64,000 bases of DNA from Thermodesulfovibrionia bacterium (lineage in GTDB: Bacteria > Nitrospirota > Thermodesulfovibrionia > UBA6902), in the NCBI GenBank assembly GCA_020053105.1, contig JAGVNU010000042.1, forward strand, positions 15,502 to 79,501. The letters run 5' to 3'. Shown one piece after another: positions 43,726 to 53,206 of this stretch. The first letter of the stretch is position 1. The number at the start of each line of letters is the position of its first letter. Below the pieces are notes generated by a model. The model had not been told where the DNA came from. It made no database searches and worked only from the letters and a program-made list of their open reading frames with translations. Made by a program: the position numbers and the translations under genes.

Positions 43726-44823
43726 ATGTGTGACGCCTGTCAAACAGATAACAATAACAGCGGTTCCGGCACAAAAACAGTTCCCGTTGCCGAAGCTGTG
43801 GGGATGATACTGCCCCATGATATTACGGAGATAAGACCGGGTGACTTCAAGGGCAGGGCCTTTAAAAAAGGGCATATCGTACGTGAAGAAGATATCGAAC
43901 ATTTAAAACGACTGGGGAAGGAACACCTCTTTATCCTCGAAATCAAAGAGGACGAAATGCATGAAAACGACGCAGCCGGCGCTATGGCAGTAGCGCTGGC
44001 CGGCAAGGGGGTGAAGCCGGCCGGAGAGCCGAACGAGGGCAAGATAAACCTTGTTGCAGAGAGAGACGGCCTGCTGAACATCAACCGTGAAGCGCTCCTC
44101 GGATTCAACATGCTCGGCGAAGTTATGTGCGCAACCATCCACAATAATTCAGTTGTAAAAAAGGGGCAGCTTGTGGCCGGTACACGGGCGGTCCCTCTTG
44201 TGGTGAAAAAATCCATAGTTGATGAAGCGGTAAAAATAGCTGAGAGCGCTCATGGAGTCCTGAGTGTAAAGGAAATCCGAAAGCCGAAGGCAGGGATAGT
44301 CATCACAGGCAATGAAGTATATCACGGCAGGATCAAGGACGCCTTTGAGACTGTAATAAGGAAAAAAATAAAAGCCTTTGACGGAGAAATCATCGGTGTG
44401 CGCTTTGCCCCGGATGATGTAAAGATAATCGAAGACAGGATCAGGGAACTGATTGATGCCGGGGCCGACCTTATCATAACATCAGGCGGCATGTCCGTAG
44501 ACCCGGACGATGTTACGAGGTTTGCAATCAGGAATTTAGGAGTTGAAGAAATGCATTACGGATCGCCGGTCCTGCCCGGCTCGATGTTTCTGGTAGCATA
44601 TTTAGGCAGGGGAGTATCGCAGCATGCCCCAACAGGAATAATCCCGATTCTCGGCATTCCCGCCTGCGGCATGTACGCGGACATCACCGTATTTGATCTG
44701 GTCCTGCCGAGGATACTGGCGGGAGAGAAGATCGGCAGAAGGGAGCTTGCCGAACTGGGACACGGCGGACTTTGCCTGAAGTGTGAAACATGCCGTTATC
44801 CGGTATGTCCGTTCGGGAAGTAA
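43726..44823 (+). CDS. MoeA-like molybdopterin-binding (MoCF-biosynthesis domain) protein
   Basis: 365-aa ORF. MoeA-like N-terminus (VPVAEAVGMILPHDITEIRPGDFKGRAF). MoCF domain (KPKAGIVITGNEVYHGRIKDAF...GADLIITSGGMSVDPDDVT). Cys-rich C-terminus (CLKCETCRYPVCPFGK). Confidence 0.65.
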   Translation: MCDACQTDNNNSGSGTKTVPVAEAVGMILPHDITEIRPGDFKGRAFKKGHIVREEDIEHLKRLGKEHLFILEIKEDEMHENDAAGAMAVALAGKGVKPAGEPNEGKINLVAERDGLLNINREALLGFNMLGEVMCATIHNNSVVKKGQLVAGTRAVPLVVKKSIVDEAVKIAESAHGVLSVKEIRKPKAGIVITGNEVYHGRIKDAFETVIRKKIKAFDGEIIGVRFAPDDVKIIEDRIRELIDAGADLIITSGGMSVDPDDVTRFAIRNLGVEEMHYGSPVLPGSMFLVAYLGRGVSQHAPTGIIPILGIPACGMYADITVFDLVLPRILAGEKIGRRELAELGHGGLCLKCETCRYPVCPFGK

Positions 44824-44851
44824 AAGCTGACAGCTAGTTACAATCAGCCAA

Positions 44852-45850
44852 ATGAAGAAAATAACTCAGCCCATAAAGGATTCATACAACCGCAGGATTG
44901 ATTATCTGCGGGTATCGATAACGGACAAATGCAATCTTAAGTGCATTTACTGCATGCCCTCAAAGGGCCTCAAGTACTTTAAAGAATCCGAGGTCCTGAC
45001 TGATGAGGAAATAGTCAGGTTCGTCCGGATCGCCCACAATCATGGGCTGAGAAAGGTCCGTATCACCGGCGGAGAACCCCTTGTAAGAAAAAATATCCTT
45101 CAACTGGTCTCATCGCTCAAGAAAACAGGCATACGTGATTTAAGCCTCACAACCAACGGGATGCTTCTTGCAGGACTTGCGGGAGACCTCAAACAGGCGG
45201 GGCTTGATCGTGTAAATATAAGCCTTGACACAATGGACGCAAAAATCTACAGGAAGATAACAAAAGAAGGGGACATTGAACGAGTCTGGGAATCCATCAG
45301 GGAAGCTGAAAGGGTCAACCTGACTCCGGTAAAGATAAATGTCGTTCCTATCCGCGGCATCAACGACGGCGAAATATCATCCTTCGCGTCTCTTACGTTG
45401 AAAAACAATTTCCATATAAGATTCATCGAATTCATGCCTGCCAGCTGTAACGGAGTCTGGGCCAAAGACAAATGCGTAAGTTCAGCCGAGATACTGAAAC
45501 AGATATCGGGCCTCGGCAATCTGGAGCGTCTTAAATTCAAGGGAAGGGGCCCTTCAAGGAATTACAGGTTCAAAGGCGCCGCGGGAGTTATAGGTATAAT
45601 CAGCCCCTTAAGCGACCATTTCTGCGGCTATTGCAACCGGCTCAGGCTCACTGCTGACGGAAAGATCAGGCCGTGTCTCTTTTCCAAAGACGAAGTCGAC
45701 ATCAAGACCCCCATGAGGGAAGGCGCCTCAGATGATGAAATGGAAAAATTATTTCTCAGGGCGGTCAAAATCAAGCCCCAAAGACATCTTCTTAATGAAG
45801 ACCCCTCCGCCGGCGGACATTTAAAAGCAATGTCCAAAATTGGCGGGTAA
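44852..45850 (+). CDS. moaA: GTP 3',8-cyclase (radical SAM, molybdenum cofactor biosynthesis protein A)
   Basis: 332-aa ORF. Motifs: YLRVSITDKCNLKCIYCMP, VRITGGEPLVR, LSLTTNG, VNISLDT, second cluster CGYCNRLRLTADGKIRPCL, C-terminal GG. Confidence 0.95.
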   Translation: MKKITQPIKDSYNRRIDYLRVSITDKCNLKCIYCMPSKGLKYFKESEVLTDEEIVRFVRIAHNHGLRKVRITGGEPLVRKNILQLVSSLKKTGIRDLSLTTNGMLLAGLAGDLKQAGLDRVNISLDTMDAKIYRKITKEGDIERVWESIREAERVNLTPVKINVVPIRGINDGEISSFASLTLKNNFHIRFIEFMPASCNGVWAKDKCVSSAEILKQISGLGNLERLKFKGRGPSRNYRFKGAAGVIGIISPLSDHFCGYCNRLRLTADGKIRPCLFSKDEVDIKTPMREGASDDEMEKLFLRAVKIKPQRHLLNEDPSAGGHLKAMSKIGG

Positions 45851-45887
45851 GTTAGTATCATTTAAACCAATATAATTCTTTTAGAAT

Positions 45888-46033
45888 AATGCAGGTGTTG
45901 GGAAATAATTTATTTTTCGATACCTTAAACGCAATTCAAATCAAGGTATTTATATATGTTCCATTCAACGATACATGCATAATTTGATAATGAGTTCATC
46001 GAGTTAAATAGATTATTTACCAATGTCTGCATT
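45888..46033. repeat. MITE-like element copy 1 (about 146 bp, 28-bp terminal inverted repeats)
   Basis: Left end aatgcaggtgttgggaaataatttattt. Reverse complement of the right end is aatgcagacattggtaaataatctattt. The whole element aligns with 53051..53197 (shared core gataccttaaacgcaatt..aatcaagg...atgcataat...gttaaata). Confidence 0.75.
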
Positions 46034-46090
46034 ATTCGGGTAAATATAATTCTGTTTACAAACAAAACCATTTTCTGTAGAATTATCAGC

Positions 46091-46735
46091 ATGCGATTAC
46101 AATCAGCTTATAACCTTTTCCTGTTTATCGCTCTTTCCCTGTGTCTTTCATCTGTCAATAGCTATGCCCAGAAGCCCACGGCAGCAACCTTCTTTGACAT
46201 CGGGATGGAGAATGCAGCGAATGCGGAATATTCGGAAGCAATCGACGCCTTTAAGCATGCAATTAAATTAAACCCCGACTATGCGGAGGCGTATTTCTCC
46301 CTGGGACAATCATATTACAGCATTCACCGGTATGATGAAGCGCTGGCTTCATATAAAAACGCCGTTAAAATCGATCCGAAGTTTGAGGAGGCACTTGTAT
46401 CTTTAGGAATTGTGTCTTCAATGCTCGGCAACGAGAAGGAAGCTGTTAACGCCATGGAATCCGCTATCAGGGTCAATCCCGGTAACGCGGAAACTCACTA
46501 TACGTTCGGCAATTTATTAAGTGATCTCAAACGATATCAGGAAGCGGCTGAAGCATACAAGAAGGCCCTGAAAATAAGACCGCAATTCGCCGAGGCACAC
46601 TTTCATCTCGGAATCGTTTATGTAAAACTGGGCGGGTCTTTGCTCCCTGCCGCTAAAAAGGAGCTTGAGGCGCTAAAGGCATTAAACAAGGCACTTGCAG
46701 AGGAACTTGATGCGATGATAAAAAGCCGGAAATAG
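46091..46735 (+). CDS. Secreted TPR-repeat protein
   Basis: 214-aa ORF with a signal peptide (FIALSLCLSSVNSYA). Four to five TPR units (AEAYFSLGQSYYSIHRYDEALASYKNAVKIDP, AETHYTFGNLLSDLKRYQEAAEAYKKALKIRP, etc.). Confidence 0.85.
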   Translation: MRLQSAYNLFLFIALSLCLSSVNSYAQKPTAATFFDIGMENAANAEYSEAIDAFKHAIKLNPDYAEAYFSLGQSYYSIHRYDEALASYKNAVKIDPKFEEALVSLGIVSSMLGNEKEAVNAMESAIRVNPGNAETHYTFGNLLSDLKRYQEAAEAYKKALKIRPQFAEAHFHLGIVYVKLGGSLLPAAKKELEALKALNKALAEELDAMIKSRK

Positions 46736-46762
46736 AAATTCTCTCTAATCCGGATGGCTCCT

Positions 46763-49261
46763 TTAAAACAGCAGTTTTGAATTCCTCATTTCATCCCTCC
46801 AGGACTCGACCCTTTTAAACACGCTGTCTTCATATGTTTTGACCTGATAAGAATTCCGGCTGCGGCTTATGGTAACAACTCCGTTCATGTCTGTCCTGAA
46901 GACCCTCGTCCCACCCCTTTCATATCTCTCAAGGGTGTCCTTATGCGGATGTCCGAAGGAATTGCCCCTGCCAACGCTTATGACCGCTATTTGAGGGCCG
47001 ACAGCATTAATGAAAGCCCCGGAGCTTGAGGTCCTTCCTCCGTGATGGGGGACTTTAATTATATCGCTTTTGAGGCGGCTGCCAAGATGTAAAATGTCCT
47101 CTTCAGCCTCTTGTTCAATGTCCCCGGTAAATAGAAGCGAGGCATCTTCGGATTCTATTTTCAGGACCAGGGAATCGCTGTTCCTGGTGGAATATTCCTC
47201 TGTGGCCGAGCTTGCGTAGAATTCATCATAAGGATGGAACGCGTAAATCTTGTATCCATTACCTTCAAGCATATCTCCCCGCTTTAGAATTTCGTATGGG
47301 ATGCTTCTTATTGCTGCCCTCCTGAATAATTCCTCCGCTCCATCAGATATAATGCCGTTAAACCATATCTCTCCGACATCCATATTGTCCGCAACATATA
47401 TAAGTCCGCCGTAATGGTCAGGATGAGGATGGCTCATTACCATATAGTCAACCTTCCTTATACCCTTTGACCACAGATATGGCGCAATGACCATGCGCCC
47501 CATATCCGGCTCCAGTGTGCTTCCGTCGATAAGCATAATCTTTCCGTCAGGCAGCTCAACTACAGCAGAGTCCCCCTGCCCTGCATCTAAAAAAGTGACT
47601 GACAGCTTGTCCTCTTTCAGATATGGACCGGCCAAATAAATGCCGATGATAAGGGCCAGGGGCACAGCTCTCCATTTCCGTTTGCTTTTAACAAGAAATA
47701 TCAATGAAAAGAAGTACCCCGCTATTATCAGAAATGAAGGGTTGTGGATGTGAACATTCGCATACGGAATATTCGTAAAACTTTTTATGAGTCTCAGCGT
47801 AAAATTCGTCAGTGTATCAATTAACCCATTTAACGGCATAAAAGACATATTAAATATAAGCGCGATAAAGCTGGAAACAAGTCCGAGCGGGAGGACCACA
47901 AAACAGATAAGCGGGGTCACGACAAGGTTTGTCAGCGGCGATATCAATGGGAACTGTTTGAAATAAAGGGCGACAAACGGCGCTGTCCCCAGTACAGCGG
48001 CAATAGTCATGAATGTCCCTGTTCCAATTTTTTCATATATGCTCTTGAGCGCTTCTTTGATCCCCTCCCTGCTAAAAAGAGACCCCGGGTTATCTAAACT
48101 TGTAATTGAAGCTCCCCCTTTTTTAAAGGGGGACTGAGGGGGATTATCTTCTGCAATTCTCGTCCTTTGCTCCAAAACATACCCGATGGAAAGGACCGCT
48201 GCAAAGGACAGTATAAATGACAGCTCAAACAGCGCATCCGGATTCCAGAGGAGAATAAGGGTTGCCGCAATGGACAGGGAATTAAGCCATTGTTCCCTTC
48301 TACCAAGCAGTAATGCGAGCATGTAAATAAAAACCATTATGAAAGACCTGATCGTCGGAGTGCTCAAGCCTGAAAGCGCCGCATATACGGCCAGCACAGG
48401 CAATGTTAATCCGACGGCTATCTGGGACGGAGTTATATATAACGTCATCCTGGTGAGGCATTTGATTGGAAGACACTTGATGCCTGACTTCGTGATTGTA
48501 AAGAAGATAAAGGCAAGCAGACCGAAGTGGGTGCCGGAGATGCTGAGGACATGCGCCAGCCCTGTTGAGCCGAAGGCGTCTCTCATTTCCCGGCTGATGC
48601 CGCCTGTCAGTCCCGTTATCATGGCATTGTGAAAAGACGCGTTTTCCCTGCTCAGGCTCTTCTCTATTACCCTGCCGAGTTCCTGTCGTATTCTGGATAT
48701 CCAGGCCAGAAGGCCGCCTTCCCTGTCAATAATTTTCATCTGCTTTATATAGCCAGTGGCGATAATACCTTCCTTCTTCAGATCATATGAATACACTCCG
48801 GGATTTCGGTAGGTGCCCGGCTCTCTCAGTCTGGCGAAAGCCGTGATCCTGTCGCCCGGTCCGGCCCGGCTTTCATCAAAATCATCTCCATACAACTCCG
48901 GTATAACCACAAGGCGTACATTGCCATCAATACCATGATCTTCTATAACTACCTCACTAATCGTGAAGCGCAGCTTTTCTCCGGACATCTCAGGGACATC
49001 AATTATTGTTCCTTCAATGTATATATCTTTGTCTGGAAACTTTATCTCCGGGAGGGTGTCCTGCCTGAGATGGCTGTAGAAAAAACCGAATACCACGGTG
49101 AAGATAAATAAAATGATCTTTTTCTTGTTTGCATATCGGCTGAAAAACAGAAAACTTGCTGTCACAATAAAGAGTGCACTAATTGATACGGGGAAACATG
49201 AGAAGAAGTTGAAGGCGGCAATCCCGGATATAAAAGATAAGGCAAAGTTTATCATGCTCAT
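46763..49261 (-). CDS. comEC: DNA internalisation competence protein ComEC/Rec2 (OB-fold/DUF4131 + competence TM domain + metallo-beta-lactamase)
   Basis: 832-aa ORF. Many TM helices. Motifs: GLAHVLSISGTHFGLL. C-terminal MBL domain (VTFLDAGQGDSAVVELPDGK, MSHPHPDHYGG, KVPHHGGRTSSS). Confidence 0.9.
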   Translation of the reverse strand: MSMINFALSFISGIAAFNFFSCFPVSISALFIVTASFLFFSRYANKKKIILFIFTVVFGFFYSHLRQDTLPEIKFPDKDIYIEGTIIDVPEMSGEKLRFTISEVVIEDHGIDGNVRLVVIPELYGDDFDESRAGPGDRITAFARLREPGTYRNPGVYSYDLKKEGIIATGYIKQMKIIDREGGLLAWISRIRQELGRVIEKSLSRENASFHNAMITGLTGGISREMRDAFGSTGLAHVLSISGTHFGLLAFIFFTITKSGIKCLPIKCLTRMTLYITPSQIAVGLTLPVLAVYAALSGLSTPTIRSFIMVFIYMLALLLGRREQWLNSLSIAATLILLWNPDALFELSFILSFAAVLSIGYVLEQRTRIAEDNPPQSPFKKGGASITSLDNPGSLFSREGIKEALKSIYEKIGTGTFMTIAAVLGTAPFVALYFKQFPLISPLTNLVVTPLICFVVLPLGLVSSFIALIFNMSFMPLNGLIDTLTNFTLRLIKSFTNIPYANVHIHNPSFLIIAGYFFSLIFLVKSKRKWRAVPLALIIGIYLAGPYLKEDKLSVTFLDAGQGDSAVVELPDGKIMLIDGSTLEPDMGRMVIAPYLWSKGIRKVDYMVMSHPHPDHYGGLIYVADNMDVGEIWFNGIISDGAEELFRRAAIRSIPYEILKRGDMLEGNGYKIYAFHPYDEFYASSATEEYSTRNSDSLVLKIESEDASLLFTGDIEQEAEEDILHLGSRLKSDIIKVPHHGGRTSSSGAFINAVGPQIAVISVGRGNSFGHPHKDTLERYERGGTRVFRTDMNGVVTISRSRNSYQVKTYEDSVFKRVESWRDEMRNSKLLF

Positions 49262-49339
49262 TCCTGCCTTCTTGTCAGAAAGTCATGTCCCCTGTGGTAA
49301 CTTACAGATTTACAAAGACGATTAATTATCTCTTAATCT

Positions 49340-49860
49340 CTTTTAGGGTATAATTCCCCGCCGCTTGCGGCGAGTATAATAGATGGGATGAGCATCTATA
49401 TACATAAGAGCCATAATGTAACAATATTACTATATCATATTGTATTACCAACCAAGTATCGACGAGTGGTTATAGACAATAAAGTAGATACAGCGATACG
49501 GGATATTTGCTTAGAGATGCAAAAGAGGTATGAGGTACATTTTGTTGAGATAGGAACAGATCGAGATCATGTATATTTTCTTGTGCAATCAGTACTGACA
49601 AAACTGGTAACTATGATAAAAAGCATAACAGCACGCTATGTGTTGGAGCGTTATGCCTGAACTGAAGAAGAAATTGTGGGGAGCACATTTGTGGACAAGT
49701 GGATATTATGTTTCAACAGTAGGTAAACAAGGGAATGAAACCACAATCACCAAATATGTCAAAGAGCAAGGGCGCACAAACGAGTACGAACAATTACACA
49801 AAGATCAGTTGTCACTGTTTCTTTAGATACCCCGTAGGCTTGCCTCGGGGAGTATCATTA
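49340..49860 (+). mobile_element. Decayed IS200/IS605-family element with flanking subterminal hairpins
   Basis: Related hairpin motifs on both sides in the same orientation: ccccgccgcttgcggcgagtat (about 49356-49377) and ccccgtaggcttgcctcggggagtat (about 49830-49855). These flank a Y1-transposase-like gene. Confidence 0.65.
49388..49826 (+). pseudogene. IS200-type TnpA (HUH/Y1 transposase) pseudogene
   Basis: Two ORFs in different frames. First: YHIVLPTKYRRVVI...DRDHVYFLVQ, where the HUH motif reads H-V-Y. Second: PELKKKLWGAHLWTSGYYVSTVGKQGNETTITKYVKEQ. Frameshift near 49640-49660. Confidence 0.7.
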
Positions 49861-50451
49861 TACGCTTTTCTTTGTAATCCAGGTTTAGAAAACAGGCCTT
49901 ATCGAGAAATAGCTGCAGAAGCAGATGTGGCCCTCGGAACTGTTGGATGGATAATGAGAGATTTAAAGGAAATGGGATATCTTCTGGATATGGACAAAGG
50001 TGGGAAAAAATTTGTTGATAGAGATAAGTTTTTTGCGCTGTGGGTAACTACCTACCCCCAACAGCTGCGGCCAAAGCTACTATTGGGCCGGTTCAAAGGG
50101 GAGGAGGACTGGAGGCAAAACAAAAAACTGGACCATGAAATAGCACAATGGGGTGGAGAAGTTGCAGCAGCAAAAATAACACATTACCTTCAACCGGCAG
50201 TAGCAACCATTTATACAGACCGGGCACATTTGAATAATTTTCTTATTGATAATCGATTAAGAAAAGATCCGGCAGGAAATATAGAAGTACTGGAAGGATT
50301 TTGGAAACCAACAAAGCAAACTAATTATGAAGAAACCGTACATCCTTTGCTTGTTTATGCAGATTTAATAGCAACAAACGACCAGAGAAATATAAATGCT
50401 GCAAAAATTATATATGAGCAACATATCATTCGACTTGTCAGGGAAGATTGA
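49852..50451 (+). pseudogene. wHTH (AbiEi-like antitoxin-type) gene, 5' end apparently separated by the IS200 remnant
   Basis: The ORF track entry 49735..50451 starts inside the IS. The meaningful part is LYAFLCNPGLENRPYREIAAEADVALGTVGWIMRDLKEMGYL...VHPLLVYADLIATNDQRNINAAKIIYEQ, with no start codon after the IS. A 21-codon ORF (ATG 49285, MSPVVTYRFTKTINYLLISFR) sits just before the IS in the same absolute frame. Family assignment is from memory. Confidence 0.4.
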
Positions 50452-51283
50452 TCCCGATACCGTTGATGTTCTTCGAGAGATCAAAGAAGTTGCCGATTCT
50501 TTGAATATAGCCTTCTTTGTTGTAGGAGCCACTGCAAGGGACCTCATATTACAGCACTGCTACAATGTAAAACCGCATCGCGCTACTATGGATGTATATA
50601 TTGGGGTAGATGTCGTTGACTGGAATCAATCAACGAACTGTCAAAATCTCTCATTGCAACGGGAAAGTTTGCTGATGCAAAAGAAGCGCAAAGGCTCCTA
50701 TACAACGAGAGACCTGTTGATATCGTCCCCTTTACTCCTATAACAGACAAGAATAAGAAAGTGACCTGGCCTCCTGAACATGAGATATTCATGAGCATGA
50801 TGGGATTCGAAGAGGCTTATGAATATTCCATTTTAGTGCGAATATGCAGCGATCCTATTCTTGACATTAAACTCCCAACCTTGCCGGGACTGGTCCTTAT
50901 GAAGTTAATATCTTGGGAAGAAAAATACCCGGAGAGAAAATTGGATGCTGATGACATACTATTCATTATGAACAACTATAATCGGGCGGATGTCGAAAAC
51001 AGGCTCTATGAAGATGAAATAATAGATCTACTTAAAGAAAGTGAATTTAACATAAGGAAGGCTGGGATTCAGCCTTCTCGGCAGTGATATGGCAAAAATC
51101 GCTGATCAATACACACTCGAAAAGGTAAAAGAAATATTAGATAATGAAACGGGCGAGCATTCCAAATTCAGATTGGTTCAGGCTATGATCAGTGGATCAC
51201 TGGATAGGGCTGCCAAATTTGAAGATATATTGTCACAGTTGAACAGACTGAAAGAGGGCATCTCTGCTGCAAGAACAACCTAA
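50414..51283 (+). pseudogene. Nucleotidyltransferase-fold (TA-toxin-like) gene with at least two frameshifts
   Basis: Three consecutive ORFs in frames 2, 1, 2. Segments: MSNISFDLSGKIDPDTVDVLREIKEVADSLNIAFFVVGATARDLIL...TMDVYIGV; then ...VTWPPEHEIFMSMMGFEEAYE...LVLMKLISWEEKYPERKLDADDILFIM; then MAKIADQYTLEKVKEILD.... Frame switches are near 50630 and 51070. Confidence 0.5.
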
Positions 51284-51287
51284 TGTT

Positions 51288-53015
51288 TCATTTCCTCTTA
51301 AACATCTTCTTCAGATCATCCAGTGAAAGATAGATCCTTGTCGGACGTCCGTGGGGGCATTTATCGGGCTCGTCTGCCTTATCGAGATCAGACATCATCC
51401 TTGAGAGTTCTTCATTGTTGAGGTGCTCGCTGCCCCTGACTGATTTGTGGCAGGCTATCCTGGCGGCTATATTTTTTAAAAGGGCCTCTTCTGTTATATC
51501 TCTTTTAACGCCGATGGTCTCCTCCTCAAGAATGGCTGATGCGATGTCCAGGAGCAGCCCCTTCGTATCCGCCTTACTAAGCGCCCGTGGTATCGACCTG
51601 ACAATGATGTTATTACCACCGAACTCCTCGATATCAAGCCCAAGGCCCTGGAGGATAGCTTTGTGCTTGATTATTAGATTATATTCCTTCACCGGCAGTT
51701 CTATCCTTAAAGGAAGAAAAAGCGGCTCTGACTCAATCGAAGTCTTCTTCAGGAACTTTTCGTACATAATTCTTTCGTGGGCCGCATGCTGGTCGATGAT
51801 CAGCAGACCATCTTTTGCTGCAGTCGCAATGAATGATTCCCCTATATGAAAAAAAGACGCTATATCGGGAGTAATACCGGAAGAAAAAATGTCCGTTTGT
51901 GAATTATTAAATATCCCGGAGGCGGGCTCACTTACAGACGGATAATCCCTCTGTATATTTTGATATCCTGTGCTTCTTCGGAATCCGGCACTCTGAAATA
52001 CTGAAGGAGCGGTTACGTCTATCTCTTGCCCGGGATTAAGCGCTTCATAGACAGCTGCCCTCACAAACCGGTGTATGTCATCCGGCCGTTCAAACTTCAC
52101 CTCACGTTTTGCCGGATGGACATTAACATCAACATTCCGGGGATCAATATCAATGAACAGGAAATATGCCGGATGCCGGTCCCTCGGTATCTGGTTGTCA
52201 TACGCATTGTAGACCGCGTGGTTGACCGTCGGATTTTTTACAGGACGCTTATTAATAAATATGAGCTGATGACTCCGGGCAGCCCGTGTAAAATCAGGCG
52301 ATGAAGTAAAACCATGGACCGTTATTGCTTTAGACTCTTTTTTTACATCCAGAAATTCAGCGGCCATTTCATCCCCGTATAACTGCCTGAACCTCTCCTT
52401 GATATCTGACGCAGAAGGCGCGTTCAGCACCTCGCTGTCATTGTGAATTAGCCTGAAGGAGATCCCCGGATATGCAAATGCCTTCTGGACCACTGTTTCA
52501 ATTACATGAGAAAGTTCTGTCGGGTTGGTCTTTAAAAACTTCCGCCTCGCAGGGGTGTTGTAAAATATGTCCCTGACCTCCATTGTCGTCCCGTTGATCG
52601 GCGGGGCGTCGGAAATCTCCTTATTGTGGTCCGCCCCGATTTCCACCTTTATTCCGTAATCAGCCCCTGCGGCAGCTGTCGTAAGCGTTATCTTAGAAAC
52701 CGACGCTATCGCAGGCAATGCCTCTCCCCTGAACCCGAGTGTGGAAATATCAAAAAGCTCTTCCTCTGTTTTGATTTTGCTTGTAGCATGCCTTTCAAAA
52801 CACATTACCGCGTCTTCCCTGTCCATGCCGCAGCCGTTGTCCGAAACCTTGATCAGTTTCTTGCCGCCGTGCAGCACTTCAACTTCTATTTCAGTGGCGC
52901 CTGCATCAATGGCATTGTCGATAAGCTCTCTGGCAACAGACGCTGGCCGCTCTATTACTTCACCGGCGGCTATTTTATTTATCAGAAGGTCAGGCAAGAC
53001 TGAAATTATTGACAT
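51288..53015 (-). CDS. mutL: DNA mismatch repair protein MutL
   Basis: 575-aa ORF. Motifs: INKIAAGEVIERPASVARELIDNAIDAGA, DNGCGM, TLGFRGEALPAIASVS, NVHPAKREVKF, C-terminal dimerisation domain (DQHAAHERIMYE...CPHGRPT). Confidence 0.95.
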   Translation of the reverse strand: MSIISVLPDLLINKIAAGEVIERPASVARELIDNAIDAGATEIEVEVLHGGKKLIKVSDNGCGMDREDAVMCFERHATSKIKTEEELFDISTLGFRGEALPAIASVSKITLTTAAAGADYGIKVEIGADHNKEISDAPPINGTTMEVRDIFYNTPARRKFLKTNPTELSHVIETVVQKAFAYPGISFRLIHNDSEVLNAPSASDIKERFRQLYGDEMAAEFLDVKKESKAITVHGFTSSPDFTRAARSHQLIFINKRPVKNPTVNHAVYNAYDNQIPRDRHPAYFLFIDIDPRNVDVNVHPAKREVKFERPDDIHRFVRAAVYEALNPGQEIDVTAPSVFQSAGFRRSTGYQNIQRDYPSVSEPASGIFNNSQTDIFSSGITPDIASFFHIGESFIATAAKDGLLIIDQHAAHERIMYEKFLKKTSIESEPLFLPLRIELPVKEYNLIIKHKAILQGLGLDIEEFGGNNIIVRSIPRALSKADTKGLLLDIASAILEEETIGVKRDITEEALLKNIAARIACHKSVRGSEHLNNEELSRMMSDLDKADEPDKCPHGRPTRIYLSLDDLKKMFKRK

Positions 53016-53050
53016 TAAAACCTCTTCAACACTGATAATGCCTTTGCAAT

Positions 53051-53197
53051 AATGCAGGCGTTGGAAAATGAATTATTTTTTGATACCTTAAACGCAATTT
53101 CAATCAAGGGAGTGATGTATATTTTTATTCAAAGCTATATGCATAATCTAATTAATAATTCATCAAGTTAAATAATTCATTTTCCAATGACTGCATT
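53051..53197. repeat. MITE-like element copy 2 (147 bp, 28-bp terminal inverted repeats, 25/28 paired)
   Basis: Left end aatgcaggcgttggaaaatgaattattt. Reverse complement of the right end is aatgcagtcattggaaaatgaattattt. Aligns with 45888..46033. Lies between the UbiD stop (53207) and the mutL start (53015). Confidence 0.75.
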
Positions 53198-53206
53198 ATA
53201 GCCCAA

